From assembly GCA_036172245.1 (NCBI GenBank), contig JAYWIR010000051.1, forward strand, positions 682,001-746,000: DNA of 64,000 nt, read 5' to 3'. The stretch is from Raillietiella orientalis. Taxonomy: Eukaryota. Shown piece after piece: positions 26,051 through 39,065 of this stretch. The notes under the pieces were generated by a model. That model had not been told where the DNA came from. It made no database searches and saw only the letters and a list, made by a program, of their open reading frames with translations. Position 1 is the stretch's first letter; each line of letters begins with the position of its first letter. Both the position numbers and the translations under genes were made by a program.

Positions 26051-27739
26051 CCGCCAACCTCGACTCTCAGGATGGGAGGAGGCAGAAGATACCGCGGTTG
26101 TGGCCCCCTCTGCCTCTCAGGCTCCCTGGCGCACATGAGGCCCTCGCGCTCTACTACTCTCCTTCTCCTGGGAGTCCCGAGGTGGCGACCGGGGAGACAA
26201 CAGGGGTAGCCAGGGGAGAGAAGGAGAGAGCGAGGGTTCGAGTAGTGGCAAAACGGGGAGCGGCGTCCAAAACCAAGAGATCACGGGCTGCAAGGGTCGG
26301 GAGGAGGTGAAGTCCCGCCCGTTGACGAGGTTATGGTCGAAGTCGAGCATTCCATGTTGACATTTGTACTGGTCAACGGCTGCAGCTCCTGTTCGACCCA
26401 ACCTCCTGCCGACTTGACCCCTTGCATCCGCCTCCGAGGTCGCAGACACTTCCGAGGGGTAGGCCCTCCTGCGTGGGCCCCGCCGCCGGACCTCTCTCCT
26501 GAAGCGCAGAGTCCTCTGCAACGCTCTCGGGCGCTTGGAGCCGCCGACGAACCCGCCCGTGCCCCGGCCGCCCTCCTGCCGCTGGCTGAAGCGCGCAGGC
26601 TGCGCGCTCCAGCACGCCTGCAGGCGGCTGCGACACGGAGAGAATGCGAGGGCAGAACCATGAGCGACTTCGCGGCGCCGGTCACGCGGGCGTCCGGAAC
26701 GCACGACGCTGACTCCCGCCGGCGCGAGGAGAGCCCAAGGGAGGGTGCACGACACATTCTGTCCCAAAGTCTCCTTGAGGACCACTTCAGGACTCTCTGC
26801 GCTCCCTAGAGGGGTGTGACCCCTCCTTGGACCACCGCTCCGGATGAAGGAACGACGGCCGCACTCATCCTTCACGCCTTCCCCCTCCCTCCCCTCGGGT
26901 GAGCTTCGGAGTCCAGTGGAGCGGGGACCGAGGGCTCTCCCTCTGTCGGCGGTTCGAAAGTCGCAGGGGGTAGGGAGGATGGTCGTGCTGCGTCCCGTGG
27001 TGTCCAAGGCTCTGCCACTCAGCAGGGAGAGGCCGGGAGCCTACTCGCTTGGATGCGGCTCGGGAGTTGGCTCCAACAGAGGAAGAGCGCCGCGTTTTGG
27101 GCGTGGGTCGGGTCTCCAGGTCACGCTCGTCCGTCCCTATAGCTTATAGGAACTATGGAAGGTCGCGTCGCTTCCTCTGCCTCCCGCAGAGGGGAAGGGA
27201 AAACTTGCCTTGGATCTTCCGCCGCCCGTGGAGGAGTCAGTCTGGCTTGTTCTGAGGCGCCTGAGGGCTAAAAAAGGGTCGCCTTAACAGGGTCCCCGTT
27301 CCGGAGGGGGGATGTGGTTTGGGGTGCGCCCCTCGCGCTCTCGACGCGCTTCACCACCAGGGAGGCAGCGGGTGGAGGGTCGGTTCGCACTGATTAGTGT
27401 GTGGGTCTCTCACCACTAGAGACGCGTCTTCAGGAAGTTCCGCTTGCGGCTCTGAGATTCGTCCGACGGACTGCGGAACCGGAAGGCGGACGGGGGAAGG
27501 GGTGACAGAAGATGCGGGGCAGCAACCCCTCCAGGAGTTCCGCTCTCCCGCGTGAGTCCTAGCACGCGCGCCGGCGCTCCACGGGGAGGTCTAGAGGAGG
27601 CAGCATCCGCGCGATTCCTCGCGAGGGAGGGAGGCGTGGGAGGAGAGGCGCGGCGGCCAAGGCGCTCTGGAGAGATCACGTGGCAAAGGGGGCTGCCCAT
27701 CCCCCTTCCCCCTTCTGGCGACGCTCCGGAAGCTTCCCG

Positions 27740-27769
27740 TCCTCCTCCTCCTCCTCCTCCTCCTCCTCC
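27740..27769. repeat. (TCC)10 microsatellite
   Basis: Uninterrupted tcc repeat. Confidence 0.9.
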
Positions 27770-30700
27770 GCGTGCCGTTTATCCGCGGGGAAATTCCGAT
27801 CCGTCCGCGCCTCGGGATCGATCCGCGCGCGTCCTCCTGTGGAGATGATTGGAGGGATTCCCCGAGTTTCCAGTGCTGGCGGCGGCGGCGGAAGCGGCCA
27901 GCCCGCCTGCGGTCCCGCGCGCCCGGCCGCAGCCTCTGTGCCACGAACGAGCGAGCGAGCCCCTTCGGGAAGGAGGCGCAAGCGCAGTGAAGGGAAAAGA
28001 AGGGCCGGAAGGAGGGGGCGCTCCCAGTCTCCCTTTCCTTCCCTCCTCAGCTCGTTTTCCCTCCCGGGAACTCTGCCCGAGCGGCGCGCCCATAGCAGAC
28101 GCCTCCCGCCCTCCTTCCGTGTATCGCGTTACGCTCTCGTCGCGCCTGGGTGCGCGGGAAGGGGAGGGAGACGGAGGGGACCCGAGAAGCCCGAAGAGGG
28201 CTGAGAAAAGGCAGAGGGAACCCGATCCGGCCCGCCTCTCATCCCGGGGGAATTCTGGAAGACGGAGGCCAGGCCGGGAAGCCGCAGCGGCGGCGGCGGC
28301 ATCGTGGCGCCTCCCGGCGAAAGGAAAAGGGTGGGAGGCGGCCCTCACTCTCACCCACGTCCCTCCCTCCCTTTGGAGGGGGAAAGGTGGAACGAGAAGG
28401 ATGACTCCTGCCCCAGGAGATGCCGCGAGGATCCCTCGCGGCCCTCGAGGGAGCCGCCGGACGAGGTGGCATGCTCAGGGATCCTGCGTGCCACCCTCCT
28501 CTGCGCACGGGGCGCACCGAGAGCGCCCGCCTCGCCCCCCACCCCTTCCTCCGAACTTGAACGACGGGAGCTACGGTGCCAGGAAGAAGGGACAACCGTA
28601 GAGTAGAGACAGGGACGGTGCAGGAGGCGGTTGAAAGGTTAGGGGAGAAGCGATCCCCACTTCCGCACTTCCCTTCCCATTGCGCTCGCATAAGCTGAGA
28701 GCAGCTCGTGTGACTCCCGCTGCGCTTGGACTCCTTGAGGGCCTGCTCCGGCGGCCCTCGAGGACGCAGCTGTCATTTCAGGAGAGTCTTTAAAGGTGGG
28801 CGTCTTCCATGGAAAATGGTCCGCGCCTCGTCCGCCTTCCAAGGCGTTTGGAGCAGGCCGCCGCGCCGGGTTCACCCGAAGAAGGCCTGGGATGCCCCGG
28901 GCGTCCCCTTCGCGGAAAAGAGGGCAGAAGAACCAGTACAGCGTGCGACCTCCAGGTCCCAGCGCCGCCGCCATTTTCCACAGTGATGGGCACCACTCCC
29001 AGTGGCCCCTCACAACCCCTGAAGACTTTAGGGGACGGAAAGGGCGGACTTCGTTCCCCATCTTCTCCCTCGCCGACGAGCGGTCAGGTGGCTTTTCGCA
29101 TCTGGGGAGCGCGTCTCCGGCCTTCCGGGACCCTTCTCCTCGCCTCCCGAGCCGGGAGCAACGGGGCCATCAGGCACTCCTTCGGGCATCTCCTGCGAGG
29201 TGCAGGCGAACGTGCCCGGATGGGCTGCCCGCCACGAGGGGCTCATGCGATGGGCCTGGCGAACACTCCAAATCGGCCGGCGCGCGCGCGTGTGCCACTC
29301 GAGCACTCGCCTCAGAGCGTCGACTTCCGGTTGGTTTCCACGGAAACCAAAGCGTCGGAGTGGGGTGCGAAGGGGGAGGGGAAGAACGCGGACGGTGATG
29401 CTGGGAACTGAGAGCCCCGGGCACGCGCGGGGGGCAGCTGGCTCGTAGGGCGGGAGCAGCTGCAGGAGCTCCGCGCGCTTTCCAGTGACTCCAGGGAGAA
29501 GGCAACAGCCCAACGCAGACGACTGGGTGGTCAGAGAGGTCACCACCCCGCGCCGTGAGACGCTCTTCACCTTCGGATCCTAATGGCTAAAAGGGACCTT
29601 CCGTCGCCACGGACTCGCATCCTCACGGTCCTCTTCTCCGGGGAAGTTCACCAGAGTCAGTTTGCGGAGAGGCCGCAGCGGCGCTGCAGGTGGTGCGCCG
29701 TCGCGGTCTCCTGGAGGGAGGGAGGGGAAAGACGAACGAACTCCGCTCTAGACCTACGCCTCTCCTTTCCATCTTTGCCCCTCCCCTAACTTTTCGCTCC
29801 CGGGAACGGAGCGCGTTCCCTTGGCGCGACAGGCCGCTCCCGGACTCTCCTCCCCCCCCCCTCCCTTTCCACCCTCTCGTGGCTGGACGCTTTCCCCTCC
29901 ATCTGCTGACACGGAGGACCCGTTTCTCCCTCTTCGGGCAGACTGCGGCGCTCACCGGCAGGAGCCCCGGGATCAGCTGGAGTGAAGCAGGCGGGGCTCC
30001 TCGAGCCCGCCAACCGCCGTCTCCAGACTCCAAGACGCGCGCACCGGTTTCTGGTCGGAAGGACTTCTGACTTCCTGCGTCGCCGCTCGCGCATCTGCGA
30101 ATTGTTATCTTCCGGCGGTTCCAGGACGGATGGTGCCCCGTCTGCATCGTCGGATTCGTAGGAGGAGAGGGAAGAGGGGAGAGGCGCGACAGCGCCACCG
30201 CAGCCCTTCGGAACGGAGCGCGAAGGCTCCCTCGGGCTCCACCTGGCCTTCCTCCCTCCAAATATGGAGGGCAGCGACTTCTTATCCGAAGATGACGGAG
30301 TAGCAGTGCAGGCGATGGCACCTCGAATGCCGGCACACGCCGCTTGCCATTCCCGGGAAAGAAAGTCGCTCCGGGCACCTCTCGAGAGACCGTCCCGGAA
30401 CCGTTTTCCCCTATTCCTTCTGCCGCCGCCATTACTGACGGAGTTCTCACCATGCTCCCCTTCTCCTTGTCTCCGCCACCGCCGTCGTCCCTGAGGGGTG
30501 ACCACGCTGTTCCCGAGCGAGTGACCTCGATCCCTGCAAACCCTTCCCGAATGAGGCGAAACCTCCCCGGTCGGGGTTTTCCGGCCTTCCTGCTCTTCCT
30601 CGGTGTCTTCCGGATTGGAACGAGGAGCGAAGGAGGTCCGGGACTACCTTGACCCCACCCTCTACCGGAATCCTCCCCGAGTACTTGCTCGGGGAGAAAG

Positions 30701-30816
30701 GGCATCCATCGTGGAAGAGAACCTGGAACGAAGGGTAGTCGTCCGGGAAGAAGCCCCCCACTCAATTGGTAGGCAGGTGACGCCACTGCGGGTCATCTCG
30801 TTGCCAGGTTTATCGA

Positions 30817-30822
30817 TTTATT
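30817..30822 (-). promoter_or_regulatory. Polyadenylation signal of the MIP/AST-B gene
   Basis: tttatt on + (AATAAA on -) just downstream of the stop at 30843. Confidence 0.6.
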
Positions 30823-30842
30823 GCCGCTTCCGGACAGTGCGT

Positions 30843-33702
30843 TCACATGAAGTTCTGCAGGATCCCGGACCGCTCCTCCTCCTTGGCGTCGTAGTCGCCC
30901 GTCCAGGGGAGTCTGGCGATCTGCTGCCTCTCGAAGTCGGGGTACTGCTCCTCTTCCTCCTCCTCCTCCTCCAGGGATCTCTTGCCCCAGGAGCCCTGCG
31001 AAGAAACAAAAGCCGTGAAGGCCCTCCGGGGAGACGACGACCGCCGTCCGGGAAGCTGGGAGCGGGAGGAGGGAGCGACTCCCGTCGTTCGTCTCCTCTT
31101 CCTCCTCCTCCTCACGGAGCGGCGGCCCCCGCGGGAGCGCCACTCGGGTCGCCGCGCGCATCTTTCTCTCTGTCGGAGGAGCGCTAGCCGACGGTCGCCA
31201 ACTCCGGGGTTTTGGATTCGCCAGCCCTCGCGTGGCACACCACCCGAGACTTCCCCCCAACCCTTCTGGCGACGAGCCCGCTCTTTCGCGCCAGCAGAAC
31301 CTCCGCACGTGCGCGCGGTTTGCGGGAGGGGACACCACACTCCGACGAGGGTGGAGCTGAGAGGATCAACCGGTGGGACCCTCCTCGAAGTTCCCTCCAG
31401 TACACGCGAGACCCGGAGAAGTCGGGAAGGATCAGTCCTCGAAGAGCATATCGTCGGCGCCGCGACCGGGCTGGGGGCGAGCTGTCCCGGAAAATCCTTC
31501 TTTCGGCTCGTTTCGTGAGAGCTCAGAGGCCGATCCGGACCAGGTGGGATGCTGGGGAGCGCAGATCCAGGTCTTCTTCTCGCCCTTCCATCCGGACTGG
31601 CCTCACGTCCCACCCGAGTCCTCCTCTTTCCGCCCTAGCTCTTCCAAGAGCTCTGTAGGGCACACCCGGTAGGTGCCCTTCCTCCCGCAGAGCAAACCCG
31701 ACCGCCCTTCGATCGCGCTATTGCCCCATCCCCTTCCTACCCCCCTCTTCCTTCATCCCTTTCCTCCTCCTCTCCCGCTCACGGACCCTCCAGATTGAAT
31801 TCCCCGCTCTCCTGTCCGTTTCCACGGCCATTCCTTCTCCCCCCGCTCCCGGCAAGCAGGAGCCGCTCTCCGCTCATCGGCCCTGCCTCCCAAAGTCGGC
31901 ATCTTGGCCATCCCCTAAGAGGCACATTCGACGCATCGGAAGAATTCTCCGGAGTCACCTCGACCAGCTGCTCCCCCGACTTCCTCGGAACTCCCCGCGC
32001 CCTCCTCTCCCCTCCCCTCCTCTGACCACGGAACGCTCCCCGGAGGCAAATTGCGGTCTCTCGGGAAGGAAAGAAGCAGCAGCAAAGAGACACTGACGGC
32101 GCGTCTCCTGGAAGAGACAGGTCACCCCCTCCCCCTTTCCTGGAAGACCAGCGCCCGACACTTCAAGGTGGCTCATTCGCTCAGAACGGCGAGGTGCGCC
32201 CACACTCTCGCGTCCTCGGCACCGCCTCTGCGACTCTCACCCCTCACTCCGAGCTTTGGGAACGCTGTCGGCCGGCGCCGTCCACCAGGTCCACGCGTCC
32301 TTCCCCGCCGCTCCTCCCTGCTCTTTCATGGCCACAGGCCCACGTCTTCCCCAGAGGGCCTGTGGTCGCGAAGGGGAAGCGGTACTGGCCTCTCCACGGC
32401 GTGGACGGAGGGACGGAACCGCTCCTGGTACGCGCCCGGGAAATTCCGCTTAGGTCGAGAGGATGCCCTCGCGTTCCTTACCCGGATCGGGCCTGTCCCC
32501 TTTCGGATCGGAGATGTCCCGCTTCCCGACCCGTCGCGCGCGACCGATGTCCGATAACCTCCTCTCCCCATCCCATTACTCTCCCGAAAGAGGAGCTTGG
32601 CTCTCTTGCAGGAGGCGGTGCGGAGGATGCGCCTGAGACCTGGAGCATCCCACCGAAAATGCAGGGACTCTCGGCGTTTGGTGAGAGAGCAGGGAGGATG
32701 CGGCGGGAACCGCGTTTCCCCAAGGAAAAGGTCGGGACGGCCATGAACAAGTCCCTGGCCACCGCTCGCCCTCCTGGCCCTTCTCCAGGGAACGAGTCCC
32801 GGAGAAGAAGCGTCTCCGGACGTCGGACCTCCGGCGCGAAGGGATCTAGAAGCTGGGATCAGTCCGCTCCGGGGTCTCTCTCCCTTTCCTCTCTCGCTGC
32901 TCCCTCTTCCTTCCCCTCCCCGTATCTTCCCTCCTCTATCCCGTATTCGCAGAAGGCAAGCCAGAAAGGGTCTGTCCCCCGGCGTGATGGCTCAGAACGG
33001 CTCCCGTGAGATCACAATGCCTTACGCTCAAGGCGTCCCATTTTCCTTTAGGAGTGTCCAGGGATCTGATGACCGCCTGCCACTGCCGCTTGCCCCAGCT
33101 CGCCGGGAATCTGCTCCAGGCATCAGGTCCTCCTCGCTGCTTGGGTCGCGCACCTAGATAAGAGCAGACACCTTAGCACCTGATTCCCCCGGGGAGGAGG
33201 TTTATAAGGATCCCGAAGGCTTCCCCAGTACCCCAAGAACACCCTAGAGGTGTTGGCGCCGGTCCGAGGACCCTGGACGACGGAGCCTCCTCCCCTCTTC
33301 CTTCTCCTCCTCCCCCCATCTGCAATTCGAGGTTTTAGTCGAAGGAGGCGGTCCTCGAAGCGAAGGAGGAGGTGGGGGAGCATTTGACTCAGGGGATCGG
33401 ACGTCCTGTCTAAGGACGTGGCCTGCCGCCTAGTAACCAAGGAGGAAACCAGAGAGAAGGGGCCGCTGGCACCTCCGGTGGACAGCACCGCCCACGAGCA
33501 GGCCTCAAAAGCAGGTGGGTGAGTGGGAGGAGGAGGGGAGGGGAATCCCACCCTGCAGGAGGGACGGGGCCGCATTGCCCCCTGTGCGGTTTCAGGACTC
33601 ACCTTGGACCTTCTGATCGAAGGGCATTGCGCTGGCCTGCAGGTCGCACACCGCCACGACTGCGACGAACGCGGCGACGAAGAGAAGAGGTGAAGAGCGC
33701 AT
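30843..33702 (-). CDS. Mip: Myoinhibitory peptide / allatostatin-B (W-x6-Wamide) neuropeptide precursor, 3 coding exons, 126 aa
   Basis: Exons 33702-33603, 33153-33026 and 30995-30843 (donors gtgagt, gtaagg; acceptors ttatctag, ttcgcag; phases 1 and 0; 381 nt). Protein: MRSSPLLFVAAFVAVVAVCDLQASAMPFDQKVQGARPKQRGGPDAWSRFPASWGKRQWQAVIRSLDTPKGKWDALSGSWGKRSLEEEEEEEEQYPDFERQQIARLPWTGDYDAKEEERSGILQNFM. It has a signal peptide, two W-x6-W-GKR amidation units and an acidic spacer. AATAAA lies 20 nt after the stop. Extra exons in the 2-kb second intron cannot be excluded. Confidence 0.88.
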
Positions 33703-36700
33703 GGCTCGCGTGGTGAGCGTCGCCGCAAGCTGCCTGGGACAGGTCTGGAGAGTAGACGAGTAGCTGCGAGAGTCCGAGACTGGTTCCTGGAAAGTCGATC
33801 CTTGATAGAAAATCAAAGAGGAACAAACTTCTTTGCTTCCCTCCCCTTCCTCCCTGATCCTCGGTCCTCCTCCTCTCTCGAAGGTCTTCGAAGTCCGAAG
33901 TTCCGCTCTGCAGACCTCTGCCGCCGCCTCGAGAGGGAGGCGTGGGTGGACGAGCCTGGTGGTGAAGAATGAAGGAAGCGAAATTTTCAAACGACCCACC
34001 TCGGAGCACGCGACATTGGAGGACGCGTGCAACCCGAGAACAAGGGGACGAGGCGCTCCGAGGAGGTGAGCGCCTCGCCTCCCCACGGGAGAGCGAGCCC
34101 AAGAGGATTCACCGCCTGTGGCAAAAGAAGGAAAATAGAGACGAAAGGAGGAAGAGCCGCCTGTGGGCGTCCGAAAGTCCTGTATGCAAAGCGCTGTTGA
34201 ATTAGGATGCACGTAATTGCTGCCACCTCTTGGCGAGGCGACCATTTTTGAGGAGTGATTCCTCGCGTTTTTCGAGGGTCATTGTTTTTCGAGGGCGATC
34301 TTCACGCACGCGATTATTTAAACGTTTCCCTGTGTGCCTCGAGCCATCTGGAGAACTCGGACAAAGAAGTTCAAGGACTCCTTTCCCTGGATTCCGGGGC
34401 TATTTTGACCAGAAATCGCGCGTGGCCGTCTCTACAGCGTCGTTCTCCTCTCACTCCGGTTGCCGCCTCCAGCAGTCATTCGTGGGACCGACCACCTCGA
34501 AGGACCAGCTCTGGATTGCGACGGGGAACGGGAGGTATCCACAGGTTTGGTCGCCTCTTTCCCTCTGCTCCAGAGCAGGCGAGAGGGATGAGATCTTCCG
34601 GGAGAGAAAAGCAGGTGATGGCCCTCCCGGTTTCCTCCCGTCATCTTCCCAGTTCCAAAAGTTGGCGCTGGATTCCTCGGAAGCAGGAGAGAATGCCCAG
34701 TCTCAGCGAGGGATGGACGGCAAGGCCAAAAGGCAAGCTGCAGCAGCTTCCGCGCTTCTTCAGGGACGAGCGGAATCCGGTACGGAGAGTCCCCTCTGGA
34801 AACTTTGCTCGGCTCCCGCCGCGAGAATCGCGAGGGAGTCCGAGAGATCTATCAGCCGCGTTCCCTGCGCAATCCGCAGAGGCAGCGCGCCTCCGCGGAT
34901 TGCGTCGAGGCGCAACGAGAAAGGCGCTTTCTCGTTGCGCCGAGGCGGCGACGGCGCTAAGGATGCCCGGGAACTGTGGCTTCCTGGAAGAAGGATGCCT
35001 CCGCTTTGCTCTGACAACAGGTGTTCCCGAGCTAGTCTGTGCGTTCCCGACAGCAGCAGCAGCAGCAAGACGCCGCTGGTGGAGGCCAACGGTAGCCAGC
35101 TCTCCACGGAGCAGACTCCGGAGCACGGCAGGTCAGCCTGCAGGTATGGGCAGTTGCCCGCGAGCGCACAGGAGGAGGTTCCGCTCCGCTGAGTTCCCTC
35201 TCCCGCTGCTATCCCTTGCCCACCTCTCTCCCGTCCGCGTCGGAGAGCGGCACGTCGGGAGACCGGGAGGGCTTTGGGACGAACGTGCGGCACTTGGCCA
35301 GCGAGCGCCATGTCGCTGGTCGGCTGCCTCGCTGGGGAAGAGAGGAAAGGGGAGAAGAGAGGCGGGAGCTCAAGACGGCACCTGCAGAAGGGCATGCAGG
35401 CCTCGGGCGGCAGCCACCGCTGCAGCAGCCGTCCAGGACCGTTCGGCAGCCGTCGGAGCCTCCGGGAATACGGACCGGCGTGCGCGTTCGCCCGTCGGCG
35501 CCGCTCGTCCAGAGCGAGCCGCGCTGCCATCTGCCCCCGAAATCGGCGGAATGAAAGTCGATAGGAAAGCGGAAGTTGCGATCCCCGACTTGGAAGAGCT
35601 GGGAACGCCGTTCCTGGCCGCATGGAAAGCCGCGGCATGAAAAGGGGACTCCAGCGAGGGCTCTGCTTCACCCTCGCGTGCCCCTTCGCTGTCGGCAGGT
35701 TGCGCTGTCGCACCCACGGAGATGCGGTGAGGGAGGAAGCCGGGGGCGAGGGAAGGAGCAGGGAGCTATCCAGACTCGCCTACCTCCTTCCGGAGAGAGG
35801 GGGTACCGCTCACTTCCCTGGTCCCTATCGATCGATCCTGGTCCCTATTCCCGCTCGCTTAGTCGCTCGGCAACCGAAGTCTGAGCGCGTTTCCTGGCAG
35901 AGAAGTGATGGTCTACATTGGTACCATCGGAGCGGAGTGGCAGCGTGGAGGATGTGGGAGAAGTGTTCATCGCTGTGCCCTCGATCTGCATCGCAGCGGC
36001 CTTCGGGCAATCTGCCTGCTTGGTCTCTTCATGGTGTAGACGCCGTCTTCCCTTCTCCCCACCCTGCGCGCTGGACCGGATGCCACCGGTCGGTAGGTAA
36101 ACCCATCATGGAGGAACCCCCGCGGTCACAATCGAGGAGGGAGTGACCTTTCGCTCTTCGGCATGGAAACTGGCGCGGCAGGAGATCCTCCGGGTCCAAA
36201 GGGGGCAGCGGCGGCGGGTACGGCAGCAGTCTCGGTCGTCCCTCACGACGAGACGAGGACATGAATGCGCAGAGCAGACGGCAAGCGGGAAGCACTGGGA
36301 AGGGGGGGCAGAGGACGGTTGCGCCGTCGTGCTCGAGGGGCTCGATCTGGCCTCGCCTGTACCCCGACCTCGACCCAGGAGGCGCGGGGCAGGGACGGCA
36401 AGCAGCCGCTTCTGGAGGAAAGCTTGAGCTTTTCACCGGGAGATCCCCTCAAAGAAGCGACACCGGAGGTCCCCCGGAGCACGTGACGGTCGGCAGGCGC
36501 TTCCTTCGTCCCACCATGCGGCTGGCCGAGAGGGCGCCAACAAGGCGTGCCACTCGCGCGCCGAAGGCCGCCAAATCTCGGAAAGGGAAAGAAGGGAGCA
36601 GATCAGCTCCCTCGACTCCTTTCCTGGAGGGAGAGCGAGTAAGAGGATGGTACACCCCTCCCACTTTCCTTTCCCCCATTCCCCAGGATGCGGAGGATGC

Positions 36701-38689
36701 CTGTGGGCTGAATCAGCCGCCTCTCTGGGCTCTGGGTCGTAGCAGCCTTAGAGGGCCAGACAACCCGGCGTCTGGCCCGAGAACTTCTCGGCCAGAGAAG
36801 GCCTCTGGAGCCCTCCACCCCCAGGACTCCGAGAGAGCATCCAGGTGCGTTTTCCTCAACGGGGGGGGGGAGCGGTCCAGGAGTGTTCCCTTACGACGGG
36901 CCAGCGCCTCTCGGTCTCCTGGGAAGACAGGCGCCCGAGAAGGCGGGCCCGTGCGCTTCTCTCCCCGTGCGTCTCCAGAGACCCCCGAGTTCCTTTCACA
37001 AGACCACTCTCCCTTCCGCCCTCCAGACCAGGGTCCCGTGGCCTCAAGGGAGAAAGTCGAGACTCCTCTCATTTTACTGCCCTATCCTGGCAGGAAAAAG
37101 AGGTGAGGGGAAACTCATCTGACGCGCCTCTTCCCGGAGCGCGCACTCTGTCCTTGCCCTTCGAGAGACAGCGAGGGCGGAAAGGGACGCCAGCGGAAGG
37201 CCGCCATGGGGATTTCCTCCTGAACGCGAAGGGAGAGCCCTGGAAAGGGCGCACCTAGCCTCACCCCCACTTCTCCTCCTCACCCGCTTGGGCCGCTTAC
37301 GCGCCAGACAGCCTTCCGCAGGAGCTCTCCATCCACCAGAAAAGATGGTGGAGCGTAAGTCACCTGGTCGGCTGGTCAAGAAAGTGCCGCCACCCGGAGG
37401 AGTGCATTTGGAGTCGCCGAGCGGGCGCGGCTGTGAAAGACGAAGCGAAGGAGGGAAGAGGGATGCGGTTGACGCCCTTCGTCCCCCTGTCTCCCCCGCC
37501 CCCCTCCGCCTCTCCCCTTCGCGTGAGGAGATCCAATTCCCCCCGATTCATCCCGTCTCTTCCGATTGATCTCCGGATGCCCCGAGCAGGGATACTGGGA
37601 TGCGTCCGGACGCGCTCCCTTCCTACCCACTTTCGCTCCTGCTCGCCGCCGCTGCACAGACCGGAGGCTCCGGTTGCAGCAGCTGCCGCCGCCGCCCCTT
37701 TCCGCGGCGCGCGCGTCTAGGCCGCCATTCCCACTCTTCCCCGCTGAGCGCGCCATGTCCGCTGGACCGCCGGGGAGGCCGCGAAAGTCGCGTCCCGGAC
37801 GCGCGCCGCCAGGTCGAGCGAAGGCGGGACGGGGGCGGGAGGAGAGACGGGAAAGAGAGGGAGACCTTCTTATCTACCCCAACCCCCCTTGCTCCTCCTG
37901 TATCCGCGCCCTCAGAGGTCTCGCTTCGCCCCCGCGTTTTTCCGTGCTCAGAGGAGCGGAAGGAGGACCAAGGATCCCAGTTGGGACACCTCCGGTATGA
38001 TCATCGATGCGGTGGGAGGAGCGCGCATTTCCTCCTTCATCGTTTTAGCTCCTCCCTCGAGGTCTCATCGGGACCCTGCCCACATCCCACTCCCCTCCTT
38101 CCTTCTACAGGGAACGGGACGTCTGCCGGGAGCACAGCCCGCAGGTAGGACAGCGGAAGGCACAGAGGAGGTCTCCAGACGTCCCCCGGGAAGTTTCTTC
38201 GAAAGAGCAGCCTCGAAAGGCGCACGCGACCCTTCCGGACGGATGGGAAGGGGAGAGGAAGGCGACACTCATCGGCACCCCCCTGGAAGAGGTCCCTGTA
38301 CTGGGCAGACACGGCGGGAGGGCACGGCGGCAACCGACCATGCCTGGACAGCGACCCGGAAGGCTTTCGCCGGCTTTTCCTTCGCTGGACCCCGAGGGAC
38401 TGTTCGGTTTTCCTGTTGTCCCCAGCCCTGTCGGAATGCGGGAGGGAAGGCGCGCTCGACCTCTCGGATCGCTCCGGGACGGCATTTAACGGGTTGTGCC
38501 CGTCCGGAGATGCCCGGGCCCGCGGTTTCACCGCCTCCTCTTGGTTTCGCTGCCACCGCTCGGGAGTCACAATCCCGCGCGACAGCCCCGGTTCCAACGA
38601 CAGCGGCACCAACCTTTCCAGAACGAGCTTTCGCTTGTGTCGTGTGCGCGGGTGGAGGTACAGATGTATACACTTTCATGTGCACAGAT

Positions 38690-39065
38690 GTACAGATACC
38701 GATGGAATAGAGAGGTGACACACAAAGAGATACAGATGCTTGCAGGCGAGCAGATAGAGATGGGGGTGAATATAGAGGAATCGATAGATGGATGAAGATA
38801 AAGATCGATAGAAAGGATGGAGACAGATATAAATAGACATAGATAGAGGTAGAGTATGATAGAGATGATGTAGATAGATAGCGATAGAGATAAATGGAGA
38901 TGGAGATAAATCAAGATGGAAATCAATAGAGATGATGGAGATAGAAGTCGATAGAATGGATGGAGATTGACAGAGGTAGATAAAGATAGAGATGAAAGTA
39001 TAAAGAAAGAGAAAGAGGTAGGATGCAGGGAATAGAAATAGATTGAGAATTGTCAAGTGATAAAT
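38690..39065. repeat. Degenerate (GATA/GA)-rich low-complexity tract
   Basis: Recurring gatagaga/gatgga/gataaa words with almost no C on +; this generates the spurious ORFs 38567..38926 and 38676..39683. Confidence 0.85.

Noticed and set aside
32700..32762. PTFSLGKR on the minus strand within MIP intron 2, a possible extra amidated peptide
   Set aside because: It is not W-x6-W, and I found no convincing in-phase splice sites.
33553..33602. Alternative 50-nt first intron for the MIP gene
   Set aside because: It leads into low-complexity sequence with no peptide motif; the acceptor at 33154 gives the W-x6-W-GKR frame.
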